Sequence record: SRR31156797_6845
Reading direction: 5' to 3' (one strand)
DNA: 64,000 nucleotides
The stretch's first letter is position 1, and each line of letters starts with the position of its first letter. Both the position numbers and the translations under genes were made by a program. The notes under the pieces are model-generated. The model was given only the letters and a program-made list of their open reading frames with translations. It searched no databases and was not told the origin of the DNA. Shown here piece after piece: positions 19,623 to 29,610 of the stretch.

Positions 19623-21371
19623 TTAAACACCTTCAACTAATGTTCTGTCATACAATTTCCCAACCCCATACTCACGGCGACGTTGAAATTTTTCAAGCGG
19701 TGGCCCGATAAGCTGCATTTCCGGATTTTGGTGAAGCATCTCAATGGCAATATCCATTTCCTTGGTACAACCGGTTGAATAAGTGGCATCTTTCCCACTC
19801 CATTCAGGGGGTACCATTTTATCCATAAGGGCAAAGGATTTTTCCACATCAGCCACACTTTGAAAACGCCATATATCTATAGTCCCTGACCGTTGATAAA
19901 TTTCCCACATATACATGATGTCATCAGCATCCATACCTTCTTCAAAATGTTCTGCCGGGTTGATTATCACGACATCATGAAGGGTTGAGCGAAGATGTTT
20001 GACGAATACATTTAAAATATCTTTTGCTGTCTGCAGCTGGCCAGGAATAGAACCGACTATAGCAGAATAAAACATCACCTTCTTCCCCTGTTCTTTTTCC
20101 TTCTTTACCATACTGACCATTTCTTCTGCTTTCCTGCGAAGAGCGGACTGGGGGAAGCGGATGGTCGCTGGATGGTGGGGTTTGAGCTGCATGTCAATAT
20201 GGCCATCATCCCCTGGAATAATTGAAATAATATCGCGTGTAAATTGAAAGCTGTTGTTAATCGTCTCTCGACAACCTGGACTGCGACTGATGACAAGATC
20301 AGCCTCTTTAAAGGACCGCGCAAAGGTAACTGACATTAAAAGAGGATTAAATGGCTCACGAGTCCCATCTGAAATAACAAGCAGCCTGTTATCGCTATCA
20401 AGATGCCTGAGCAACTGATTCTTTGAGATAGCCGAATCGTAAACGAAAATCGCATCGTCCATCAAAGCTTCGAGGGTCGTATCTTCAAGCAGGTCGATGA
20501 ACGAAACCCGGTGGTAATAAAAATCCTGCTTTACAGCCAAAATAACCCGGATGCCCAATTTCATGAGATTTTTAATAATTGCTAAATCAAACACTATCTC
20601 CCCGGACCTACCTGCGAGCCATAGTATACACGGGCGCCGCCTTCCTGAAAGTACATCCCGCAACCAGTGCTGTAGCCAATCCCATTGATTTCCCTGCAGG
20701 GCCTGATTCATTACCCGCTTCAAGGCCTGCTCATCGGGCGATGTATCATATTTCCAGATTGCACGCACAGAAGACAATAAGAGCAGGCGTTTTAAACGCA
20801 GCAAATGAAGCTGCAGGTCGATATCAAAAAGCGTGGTTTCCTTTTCAATTTCCAGCCCTTCCAGGGACCCAAATGCCTTCTTGAAAATTTCACACTCCAT
20901 AAATGCTGCCACCCGCTTATTTTCCAACTCCTTCGCTTCAGCTAACGGGCGATCAATCTCACTAATGGTTGTAAAAATACCCAGCAGCCTCTTTTCAAGC
21001 CTCCCAGGGAGGTGAACCTTATGGGACACCTCGTTGTTGTATTTTATCGAAAGAAGACTTAGCAAATACTGTTGCTTGTAGGGATCCACTACAACTTCAC
21101 GCACCAACCGTTCAAGCCTACTCCATATATTGGTATACGCTGAGGTCAGCAGTGACTCCGCACGTTTTTCAATAATTGCGCTATAAAGGGCATCAGAACA
21201 AGGATAATAAAACTGCTCGTACTCGAGGTGAACCATGAAATTCAATTGCTCAGGAGATGCGACCCTATCAGGAAAGGTTTCATATGCCAGATGATTTTCT
21301 GTATAGAAATTTGTCACCCAGGCGTCCCTATCCGCATTAACGCCCCTTTGGTAGGGAATCATTTCAGTCAT
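19623..21371 (-). CDS. ARMT1/DUF89-like domain protein with extra N- and C-terminal domains
   Basis: ILWLAGRSGEIVFDL...VILAVK and ISDGT...FKEADLVIS follow the DUF89 pattern DNxGEIVFD / ADLVIsKG, with substitutions. Confidence 0.65.
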   Translation of the reverse strand: MTEMIPYQRGVNADRDAWVTNFYTENHLAYETFPDRVASPEQLNFMVHLEYEQFYYPCSDALYSAIIEKRAESLLTSAYTNIWSRLERLVREVVVDPYKQQYLLSLLSIKYNNEVSHKVHLPGRLEKRLLGIFTTISEIDRPLAEAKELENKRVAAFMECEIFKKAFGSLEGLEIEKETTLFDIDLQLHLLRLKRLLLLSSVRAIWKYDTSPDEQALKRVMNQALQGNQWDWLQHWLRDVLSGRRRPCILWLAGRSGEIVFDLAIIKNLMKLGIRVILAVKQDFYYHRVSFIDLLEDTTLEALMDDAIFVYDSAISKNQLLRHLDSDNRLLVISDGTREPFNPLLMSVTFARSFKEADLVISRSPGCRETINNSFQFTRDIISIIPGDDGHIDMQLKPHHPATIRFPQSALRRKAEEMVSMVKKEKEQGKKVMFYSAIVGSIPGQLQTAKDILNVFVKHLRSTLHDVVIINPAEHFEEGMDADDIMYMWEIYQRSGTIDIWRFQSVADVEKSFALMDKMVPPEWSGKDATYSTGCTKEMDIAIEMLHQNPEMQLIGPPLEKFQRRREYGVGKLYDRTLVEGV

Positions 21372-21382
21372 ATCTGTCTCCT

Positions 21383-21892
21383 TTACAGTTTCAGCAGTGT
21401 CACAATATCACTGGAGACTTGAGCAACACTCCTCCCCTCTATATCAATAATGTGATCTGCCAGACTACTATATTGCGGCAACCTACTGTCAAACAATTCT
21501 TTTGCCTTTTCAATATCGCTTAGCAAGGGCCGTTTTTTTATTTTTTTCGCCGCATTGGGATGTGCCATAATGTTTTTAATAATGTATTCAACGCTTCCGT
21601 GAAGATAAACAATAATCCCAAGATCACGCAAATTTGAAACCTGGTAAAAGCCGCCACCAGTTGAAATAATGGTCCCAGTGACATGTTTATCCAGCCAACA
21701 GGCCGCCTTCTGTTCAAGCTTTCGAAATGCTGTTTCTCCTTGATCTGAAAAAATTTTACGTATTTTCTTTTTTTCCATGGATTCGATGAGATCATCTGTG
21801 TCGATGGCAAACGAACCTGTTTCCTGGGCAAGTGCACGTGCAGTCCGTCCTTTTCCGACTCCCATAAAACCGATGAGTATGATGTTATCCAT
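21383..21892 (-). CDS. aroK: Shikimate kinase
   Basis: LIGFMGVGK, DTD, IFSDQGETAFRKLE, STGGG, lid KRPLL. Confidence 0.9.
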   Translation of the reverse strand: MDNIILIGFMGVGKGRTARALAQETGSFAIDTDDLIESMEKKKIRKIFSDQGETAFRKLEQKAACWLDKHVTGTIISTGGGFYQVSNLRDLGIIVYLHGSVEYIIKNIMAHPNAAKKIKKRPLLSDIEKAKELFDSRLPQYSSLADHIIDIEGRSVAQVSSDIVTLLKL

Positions 21893-22298
21893 ATGCTGTC
21901 GCCTCCATTTATCCTGCGTAAACCGTGTATTAAAAATGGTACACGCACATCTCCAGGCAGCCTGAATTTACGGCACAATTTTTAAAAAAGTACAATTGAA
22001 AGGCATTATAAAAAACAATACCCTATAGCTGCCTTTCTTTAAACTATCGCCACAAAAAGTTAAAGAATTCCTTATTAAAAATGACAACTTACCATTGCCC
22101 TTGAATAAAAATAGATTATTGTTTTTTTTTAAAGCTGATATGTTATTGTTTTTATAGTTTCTCTTTAAATTCGTTATGGTTAACTATACTCACAGTATTT
22201 TTTATAAAGGAGACTGGCAGCAAAGACCGCCACATTTTTTCAGCAATCGCGCTTACCAGAAATAACAATCGCTCTTTCAACTTCAGCAGAGGTAGATA

Positions 22299-22724
22299 AT
22301 GACCACATTTATTTTTGGCCTTCTAGAACGCGTCGGGTTTACCCACCCTCTCCACCCTGCAGCCACCCATATTCCCATGGGCATGGTCATGGGTTGTTTT
22401 TTCTTTGGACTTATCGCCTGGTATTTCAACAAACAGGATTTGCGAAAAACTGCCCTTCACTGTTCCGTCCTTGCTCTGATATTTATTTTTCCTACAATCA
22501 TAGCTGGCATTCTTGACTGGCAATATTTTTACGGCGGCACGTATCAACCGCTTATCATTATCAAGATGGTTCTTGCAGCCGTACTCGTAATTCTGCTCGG
22601 TCTTTCTATCAAAATGAACAGGGGAGGTACTGATACTAAAACACTCTTTATTGTTTATGCCTTTTGCCTTGCCTGCGCAACGGGTCTCGGTTTTTCAGGC
22701 GGCGAACTAGTATATGGTGGCTAG
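22299..22724 (+). CDS. DUF2231-like four-TM membrane protein
   Basis: HPLHPAATHIPMG at the start and GFSGGELVY at the end; four hydrophobic segments; RBS GAGGT. Confidence 0.75.
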   Translation: MTTFIFGLLERVGFTHPLHPAATHIPMGMVMGCFFFGLIAWYFNKQDLRKTALHCSVLALIFIFPTIIAGILDWQYFYGGTYQPLIIIKMVLAAVLVILLGLSIKMNRGGTDTKTLFIVYAFCLACATGLGFSGGELVYGG

Positions 22725-22753
22725 CCCATTATCACGATAAAAGGAGATTTTTC

Positions 22754-23299
22754 ATGATCGTACCCAAATACATCTCAACCCTACTATCACTGTTCATTGC
22801 TATCTTACTCTTTACCGCACAGTCTTTCGCAGCCGATTACCAGCACTCTTTAACTGCTGACAAGATGGGTTTTGAATGGTCAATCAATGGTGACATCCTG
22901 GCAATTAAGCTCACGGCGCCCACCAAGGGTTGGGTTGGAATAGGGTTCAACCCCAGTAAAAAAATGAAGGATGCCAATTTTATTGTCGGCTATGTCAAAG
23001 GGGGAAAAGCTTCCATTTTTGACGAAGTTGGAACCCAAGCCACCAAGCACGGGAAAGACACCAAAAAAGGCGGTAAGAATGACGTGACCGTCGTCGGAGG
23101 AACCGAACAAGGCAAACAGACGACACTGGAGTTTACCATCCCTCTTAATTCGGGAGACCCCCTTGACTCTACCCTTGATCCTCAGGGAGATACAATTGTA
23201 CTCCTCGCCTACGGTCCAGACAGAGATTCAACCCGTATGAAACATACATTTCACAAAACCTTAACAGTGAACCTCAGTAATGGAAGCGTAAAAGAGTGA
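22754..23299 (+). CDS. Exported DOMON domain protein
   Basis: Signal peptide (AQSFA/A); GWVGIGFNP..KMKDANFIVG; terminal His in MKH; RBS AAGGAG before ATG 22754. Confidence 0.85.
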   Translation: MIVPKYISTLLSLFIAILLFTAQSFAADYQHSLTADKMGFEWSINGDILAIKLTAPTKGWVGIGFNPSKKMKDANFIVGYVKGGKASIFDEVGTQATKHGKDTKKGGKNDVTVVGGTEQGKQTTLEFTIPLNSGDPLDSTLDPQGDTIVLLAYGPDRDSTRMKHTFHKTLTVNLSNGSVKE

Positions 23300-23397
23300 C
23301 ACCTCCCACTTCTACGATTTGGTCACATAAAAGGACGCATCACCCTATAAGCCTGATGCGTTCTTTTGCCATCTTCAGCATCAAGCTGGAGCGCAGC

Positions 23398-24273
23398 ATG
23401 CCTCTTATCTTACCACTCTGCTTTTTTCTAGCACTGGCAATTGTAGTTCCCTTATCAGGGAAAGCTTTGGCTGAAGAAGGTCAGATGCACATGCAACACC
23501 AGATGCAGGCGGGCAGCGAATCGTCGGCTGGTCACAGTCAGCACGCCGCTCATGAGCAAAATGGTGTTCCGTTGGCACTACAGCAAACGGTAGCTCCAGA
23601 AGAGTGGGTAACTGAAAAAACCGGGGAATTTCTCCCTTTAGATGCAACCTTTAAGGATGCGGAAGGCACCGTCGTTACACTTGGCGAACTGATAGATCGA
23701 CCAACCCTGCTCCTTCCTGTCTATTATTTCTGTCCAAGGGCATGCTCATTTGACCAGGCAAACCTTGCAGATGCAATAACAAAGACAAACCATCCCAAAG
23801 ATTCATTTCGTGTTATTTCAATGAGTTTCAACGAAATGGAGCCACCAGAAGCTGCTGCCATTGCAAAACCAAATTATACAGAGCTGCTCGGTAAGGATTT
23901 CCCAAAGGACGGCTGGGTATTTCTCACCGGCGACAAAGAAAATATTCTCCGTGTCACCAATGCTATTGGCTATACCTTCAAAAAGCAGAGTGACCATTTA
24001 TTTATCCATCCTTCAGCGATGGTGGCGTTAAGCACCGAAGGGCAGATCATCAAATATATTTATGGGTCTTTCCTCTCCGGAGATGTTGACCTCGCCCTTG
24101 CTGAAGCTGACAAAGGAACACCGGCTACTTCCATTCGCCGTTTTCTCTCTTTTTGTTTCAATTACAGTCCCAAACAAAACCAGACCATTTTTACCATCCT
24201 TAAACTCTCAACAGTAACCCTGCTGGTTACAGGCTTTTTATATTTTGTTTTCTTTTTCCTGCGCAAAAAATAA
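23398..24273 (+). CDS. SCO1/SenC copper chaperone
   Basis: YFCPRAC (CxxxC), WVFLTG, FIHP; His/Met-rich N-terminal linker. Start 23398 has a GGAG RBS; the longer ORF begins at 23296. Confidence 0.88.
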   Translation: MPLILPLCFFLALAIVVPLSGKALAEEGQMHMQHQMQAGSESSAGHSQHAAHEQNGVPLALQQTVAPEEWVTEKTGEFLPLDATFKDAEGTVVTLGELIDRPTLLLPVYYFCPRACSFDQANLADAITKTNHPKDSFRVISMSFNEMEPPEAAAIAKPNYTELLGKDFPKDGWVFLTGDKENILRVTNAIGYTFKKQSDHLFIHPSAMVALSTEGQIIKYIYGSFLSGDVDLALAEADKGTPATSIRRFLSFCFNYSPKQNQTIFTILKLSTVTLLVTGFLYFVFFFLRKK

Positions 24274-24298
24274 ATAATCCGGATTTATAGGTATTTCC

Positions 24299-25924
24299 AT
24301 GCCAGCCACACACTCTTTTTTCGATACCCCCTCCCCTGCTGGACTCACCGGAGTCAAGGCATGGTTATTAACCCATGATCATAAACGTTTGGGTCTTATG
24401 TACCTGTGGGCTGTACTATTCTGGTTTACGGTTGCTCTAACCGTAGGTTTTCTCCTCCGTATCGAACTCATGACTATCGGAAAAACCATCATGACGGCAG
24501 AGGTCTACAATTCTGCATTCACCCTGCATGGCGTTATTATGATTTTTCTGTTCGTCATTCCTGGGATCCCTGCTATCTTTGGCAATTTTTTCCTTCCGAT
24601 TCAGCTGGGTACAGATGATGTTTTTTTTCCCCGGTTAAACCTTCTTTCCTGGTACCTGTATATGCTTGGTGGTCTCCTTGCGATTATCTCCCTTTTTACA
24701 GCAGGCGGCTTCCCTGACACAGGCTGGACCTTTTATGTCCCCTTCAGTGTCGGCACCAATAACAATGTACCGTTAACCGTTTTTGCTGCTTTTATTTTAG
24801 GGATGTCGTCCATGCTGACTGGACTCAACTTTATAACGACAGTCCATAGGATGCGGCATAAAAGCATGGGGTGGATGCAGATCCCCCTTTTCACCTGGTC
24901 TTTATATGCAACGGCCTGGGTTCAACTGCTGGCCACTCCTGTCATCTCCATCACCCTATTGCTGGTCATCTTTGAAAGAGCATTCAACATTGGCCTTTTT
25001 GATCCTGACAAGGGCGGAGACCCATTATTATATCAACACCTCTTCTGGATGTATTCCCACCCTGCTGTTTATGTAATGATCCTTCCAGGTATGGGGGTCA
25101 TTTCAGAAATTATTCCGACCTTTTCCAGAAAGGCGATCTTCGGCTATAAAGCCATTGTCGTCTCCTCACTTGGAATAGCAGTTGCCGGCTCCCTTGTCTG
25201 GGCACACCATATGTACACAAGCGGAATGAGTGACACGGCTGTTTTTGTATTTTCATTGCTCACCTTTCTCGTCGCTATTCCGACTGCCGTAAAAGTGTTT
25301 TCCTGGGTATCGACTCTGTATAAAGCGTCCATTGAGATGACCCCGCCCTTGCTGTATGCGCTTGTATTTATATATCTTTTTTCAGTTGGTGGGCTAACGG
25401 GACTGGTTCTGGGGGCTGCCGGTACTGATATCCATGTCCATGACACCCATTTCGTGGTGTCCCATTTCCATTTTACCATGTTCGGCGGCACCGGATTTGC
25501 TTTTTTTGCAGCCCTTCATTTCTGGTGGCCTAAGATGTTTGGCATCATGTATAATTTCAAGCGAGCTTATATAGCAGCTACCCTGGCTACAGTCGGATTC
25601 ATGTTCCATTATGTTCCAATGTTTATTGTTGGCATGCAAGGTATGCCGCGACGATACTACGACTATCTACCTCAGTTTGCACAAGGTAACGCAATGGCCG
25701 CTGTTGGTGGGTTCATTTTGTTTGCAGGTATCATGTTGATGTTGATCAACCTGGTTCTAAGTTTCAGAAAACGACAGATTTCTTTAGTTAATCCTTGGGG
25801 TGGATCTACTCTTGAGTGGACAGTACCTTCACCTCCACCGCTGCATAACTTTGTTGTTGAACCCAGCATAAAAGAATACCCCTATGATTATTCAGACATC
25901 CTTACTGCTGAAAAAAACAGATAA
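24299..25924 (+). CDS. ctaD: Heme-copper oxygen reductase subunit I, A2 type
   Basis: DHKRLG, FTLHG, GWTFY, LFWMYSHPAVY (YS = A2 signature), WAHHM, HDTHFVVSHFH, GMPRRY. Confidence 0.96.
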   Translation: MPATHSFFDTPSPAGLTGVKAWLLTHDHKRLGLMYLWAVLFWFTVALTVGFLLRIELMTIGKTIMTAEVYNSAFTLHGVIMIFLFVIPGIPAIFGNFFLPIQLGTDDVFFPRLNLLSWYLYMLGGLLAIISLFTAGGFPDTGWTFYVPFSVGTNNNVPLTVFAAFILGMSSMLTGLNFITTVHRMRHKSMGWMQIPLFTWSLYATAWVQLLATPVISITLLLVIFERAFNIGLFDPDKGGDPLLYQHLFWMYSHPAVYVMILPGMGVISEIIPTFSRKAIFGYKAIVVSSLGIAVAGSLVWAHHMYTSGMSDTAVFVFSLLTFLVAIPTAVKVFSWVSTLYKASIEMTPPLLYALVFIYLFSVGGLTGLVLGAAGTDIHVHDTHFVVSHFHFTMFGGTGFAFFAALHFWWPKMFGIMYNFKRAYIAATLATVGFMFHYVPMFIVGMQGMPRRYYDYLPQFAQGNAMAAVGGFILFAGIMLMLINLVLSFRKRQISLVNPWGGSTLEWTVPSPPPLHNFVVEPSIKEYPYDYSDILTAEKNR

Positions 25925-25985
25925 ATAGAGACGAGCTAATCCCTTAGCCCCTTATCAGCCATTAATTCGTTTACGAGAGATTTTT

Positions 25986-26582
25986 ATGGAAAACAGGAGT
26001 GACTTTACGGGCATAAGAATTGGCATGTGGCTTTTCCTGTACACGGAAATCATTCTGTTCGGAGGCCTGTTTGTTCTCTATGCGGTGTACTTTCACATGT
26101 ACCCCGATGATTTCGTATCCAGCGGCAAGCAGCTCGACAGAGTTATTGGTACCCTGAACACTATCATTTTACTTGTATCAAGCTTTACAGTTGCGGCCTC
26201 CATTACTGCAATCCGCAAAAACAGTAAAAAACTCTCCTTAGGGTTACTTGCTTTCTCCTTCTTGTGTGGTGTTGTCTTTCTGGTAAACAAATATTTTGAG
26301 TGGGGATATAAATTTCACCATGATATTTACCCCAACTCTGAGACCTTAACCAGCGGCCCACTGGGAGAGAACATTTTCTTTGGTCTCTACTATGTCATCA
26401 CCGGGCTCCACGGCCTCCATGTTGTTGTTGGCATGACTTTGCTTGCCATCAGTTTTTTATTTGTGGCTAAGGGCAAAATAGAGAGTGATCGTTTTGCGAT
26501 GCTTGAGAATTCCGGCCTGTACTGGCACTTGGTCGATCTTATCTGGATCTTCGTATTCCCTTTATTTTACTTGGTGTTATGA
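25986..26582 (+). CDS. ctaE: Cytochrome c oxidase subunit III
   Basis: GMWLFLYTE, TGLHGLHV, GLYWHLVDLIWIF. Confidence 0.94.
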   Translation: MENRSDFTGIRIGMWLFLYTEIILFGGLFVLYAVYFHMYPDDFVSSGKQLDRVIGTLNTIILLVSSFTVAASITAIRKNSKKLSLGLLAFSFLCGVVFLVNKYFEWGYKFHHDIYPNSETLTSGPLGENIFFGLYYVITGLHGLHVVVGMTLLAISFLFVAKGKIESDRFAMLENSGLYWHLVDLIWIFVFPLFYLVL

Positions 26583-26593
26583 GATTGTAAGGA

Positions 26594-26887
26594 GTGATTA
26601 TGCAAAATGATGCACCCCAGCACTTGATGGAGTACAAAACCCTGGCAATAGTCCTGGTCGTCCTGGTTATTCTTACAGGGGTAACCGTAGGAATGAGTTA
26701 TGTGGACCTCGGCATAATGAACGTTCCCATAGCACTTGGGATTGCATCAACCAAGGTTACCTTTGTTTTGTTATATTTTATGCACCTTAAATACGAAGGA
26801 AAGGCCATTAAGATATCATTTCTTTGCACCATTTTTTTTCTGGCAATAATGATAAGCTTTACATTCTGGGATGTGGCATTTCGATAG
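26594..26887 (+). CDS. Cytochrome c oxidase subunit IV
   Basis: Three TMs, IASTKVTFVLLYFMHLKYE; start could be 26594 or 26600. Confidence 0.88.
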   Translation: MIMQNDAPQHLMEYKTLAIVLVVLVILTGVTVGMSYVDLGIMNVPIALGIASTKVTFVLLYFMHLKYEGKAIKISFLCTIFFLAIMISFTFWDVAFR

Positions 26888-27027
26888 TTTGATTGAACCG
26901 TAACAAGCCTATCACACATTTAAGAATGACAAAGTTAAACACAGGTATACATTGAGCAGATCAAGTATCATGAAAATTAAAATGACACCGTGTACCGAAA
27001 TTTTCACAATGCCATCAAGGGTATAAT

Positions 27028-27624
27028 ATGGATCCTGTATTAGGGGTAGATCGCGCATTTTGGTATATATTCATCGTTTCAGCGATATTCCTTGCTGGCA
27101 TAACGGTTGTCATGATCTATTTTGTTTTTCGCTATAGCCGTACAAAACACCCTGAGCCAGCAGATATCCGAGACAACTGGAAACTGGAACTGCTGTGGAC
27201 AGTGATTCCCACCCTCATTGCTCTTTCTATGTTCTGGGTTGGCTGGCAGTCATATACAGGGTTACGCAATGTACCTGCCGGCGCAGTGCAGATAGAAGCC
27301 TTAGGACAAATGTTTTCCTGGATTTTTGTTTACGATAACGAGAAAGAAACGGAAAATGAATTGGTCGTTCCTGCCCATACTCCTGTAAAACTCAATATTG
27401 AGTCCCTGGATGTGCTACACAGCTTTTACATCCCTGCTTTTAGGGTTAAAGCAGATGCGGTAAAAAACTTCCCCACTTATGTGTGGTTCAGAACCAACGA
27501 TCCAGGAGAGTATGATATTTTGTGTGCTGAATACTGCGGGTTGGACCACTCTCAAATGGTTGCCAAACTGATTGTCCTTCCAGAGGATGAGTACCATCAA
27601 TGGCTCGACCAGGACGATGAGTAA
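27028..27624 (+). CDS. ctaC: Cytochrome c oxidase subunit II (CuA; no fused heme c)
   Basis: Two TMs with LELLWT; DVLHSF and CAEYCGLDHSQM; no CxxCH. Confidence 0.94.
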   Translation: MDPVLGVDRAFWYIFIVSAIFLAGITVVMIYFVFRYSRTKHPEPADIRDNWKLELLWTVIPTLIALSMFWVGWQSYTGLRNVPAGAVQIEALGQMFSWIFVYDNEKETENELVVPAHTPVKLNIESLDVLHSFYIPAFRVKADAVKNFPTYVWFRTNDPGEYDILCAEYCGLDHSQMVAKLIVLPEDEYHQWLDQDDE

Positions 27625-28534
27625 GGAGCTTAAAGCAACCTACCCTTTTATGGCCTCTATAGTTCCCTGGATGCAGTTGATTAAAGGGATTCTTTGCATT
27701 CCCATCGCGCTTTCCGCTGGCTTTGGCTATATTCTATATACCCGTGAGATAACCTGGGCGCTGTTCTTTCTTATCCTGGCAATGTTTCTACTGGCCTGTG
27801 GGGCTGCAGCACTCAACAGCCTCCAAGAAATCAAAACTGACAGGCTCTATAGAAGAACGAGTAACCGCCCACTTGTCACTGGTACCCTTTCCCCCTGTGT
27901 GGTCATACCCTGTATCATTGGTTTGTTCACCGTCTCCTTTTCATTACTTTTCACAGCTACCACCACGCCAAACGCCTTGTTGCTGGCAATACTTGGAATT
28001 CTCATTTACAATGGCCTATACACCCCCCTTAAACATCAAACCAGCTTTTCGCTGCTGGTCGGGGGCCTGGCAGGAGCACTTCCCCCGGTTATTGGTTGGT
28101 GTGCTGCTGGGGGATCAATAACCGATTACAGAATAGCTGCCGTAGCTACCTTTTTCTACCTCTGGCAGGTTCCGCACTTTTTCCTCGTATTATTGGTACA
28201 TAAAAAAGATTACATCCGTGCTGGCCACAGTAATCTTGCAGTTATCCTGTCTGAAAAAACATTGCGATTAATAACCTGGCTCTGGATTTTCGCCTATGCA
28301 TCTGTAGGCTTCACCATTTCCATCCTTCCTGGATTTCTTTCTTTATTTTCTAGGGGATGCAACGGAGCCACCACCCTGCTTACGATGGGATTACTGACTT
28401 TCTACTTAGTTATTCGCCCCACCCCCTCCAATTACAGCCGTCTCTTTCTGCTGCTTAATATCTCTTTTTTCTTTAATATTTCTTTGGTTGCAGCATCGGA
28501 GGTCTTTTCATTTGCCAATGCATTCAACCAATGA
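27617..28534 (+). CDS. ctaB: Protoheme IX farnesyltransferase (heme o synthase)
   Basis: NSLQEIKTD..RTSNRPL, YTPLK, GALPP.IGW, WQVPHF. Confidence 0.9.
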   Translation: MSKELKATYPFMASIVPWMQLIKGILCIPIALSAGFGYILYTREITWALFFLILAMFLLACGAAALNSLQEIKTDRLYRRTSNRPLVTGTLSPCVVIPCIIGLFTVSFSLLFTATTTPNALLLAILGILIYNGLYTPLKHQTSFSLLVGGLAGALPPVIGWCAAGGSITDYRIAAVATFFYLWQVPHFFLVLLVHKKDYIRAGHSNLAVILSEKTLRLITWLWIFAYASVGFTISILPGFLSLFSRGCNGATTLLTMGLLTFYLVIRPTPSNYSRLFLLLNISFFFNISLVAASEVFSFANAFNQ

Positions 28535-29610
28535 GCATACTGATCAGTCACATTTTCCCATGAGTGGGGGGTTGTCAAAGCCTTACTTTTTTGGGGAAGC
28601 AGCCGCTCATTGCAATCGATTAAATCACCTAATCTTTTCTTAAACTCGTCCTTTTTATACCGATACGATCCAGGAAAGAGTTCTTTGTAGGCCAATCGGT
28701 CAGGTACCAGAGGTACGCAGCCAGCGCGCACGGCTTCGAGTACAGCCAACCCAAAAAATTCATGGATGGCTGTAGAAACCACGATGGTTCCCTTATGCAA
28801 AAGCTCATAGTACTGGGCCCGTCCAGGAACATACCCAAAATGGAGCAAGTGCTTTTTAAGCCTGCTCTTTGCTTCATTAAATATTTCAGGGTAATTCTGA
28901 AAAGATTCCCCTAAAACCAGGAGCTGAAAATCAGCTCCTTGAGCAGAAAGTTCAAAAAGTGTCGTAAAAAATGAGCTCGGATTCTTATCATGCTCCCAGC
29001 GATGGTTCCAGACAATAACAGGACTGGTTGGCTTTTGAGTAGCCAGCCCAAACGCATCAATAAATGAAAAATCCATCCCTGGAGAAATCACAGTTGATTT
29101 TTCGAACAGTTCATCAACCAGATGACCAAGAGAAATATCAGCAGTTTTTTTGAGGTATCGCCCAATTCCGGCAAAAAAAGTTGATTGATTATACTGACTG
29201 TTAAAGGCCAAACTGTCAGCGCACAGAGCAGAGGTAAAATTAATGGCCGTAAACTGGTGACGTGCCTGATCCTGCGCTCTGAAAGGGTAAGCAAATTGAT
29301 TTTCATGAAAATAGATGGCCACAGGAAGCAGGATACCTTTACTAACCAGTAAGGATCGCAACACAGCGACATCTATAAAAGTCGAAGTGAGTATCCCATC
29401 AAAATGACCACCTTTTTGGATGAGTCCAATTATCTGTTCAGCCATCCATGGAGCAGCAAGCTGCATTCTCATTTTCCATTTTCTGGCAGGTAGAGTCAGC
29501 AGGGTAAATTGCTGCTCACAAAGATTCTTTTGCAATCCCTGGATAAATACTCTATGTGACCCTCCGTAGTAGGGTTCAATTACCAGATAATGTTTCTTGT
29601 ATATTTGCAT
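28432..29610 (-). CDS. GT-B glycosyltransferase with DUF3524 N-terminus (GTDC1/QTMAN-like)
   Basis: EPYYGGSH, LPARKWKMRM, YFHENQFAYP, WNHRWEHDKNP, STAIHEFFG, PDRLAYKE. Confidence 0.85.
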   Translation of the reverse strand: MQIYKKHYLVIEPYYGGSHRVFIQGLQKNLCEQQFTLLTLPARKWKMRMQLAAPWMAEQIIGLIQKGGHFDGILTSTFIDVAVLRSLLVSKGILLPVAIYFHENQFAYPFRAQDQARHQFTAINFTSALCADSLAFNSQYNQSTFFAGIGRYLKKTADISLGHLVDELFEKSTVISPGMDFSFIDAFGLATQKPTSPVIVWNHRWEHDKNPSSFFTTLFELSAQGADFQLLVLGESFQNYPEIFNEAKSRLKKHLLHFGYVPGRAQYYELLHKGTIVVSTAIHEFFGLAVLEAVRAGCVPLVPDRLAYKELFPGSYRYKKDEFKKRLGDLIDCNERLLPQKSKALTTPHSWENVTDQYAHWLNALANEKTSDAATKEILKKKEILSSRKRRL

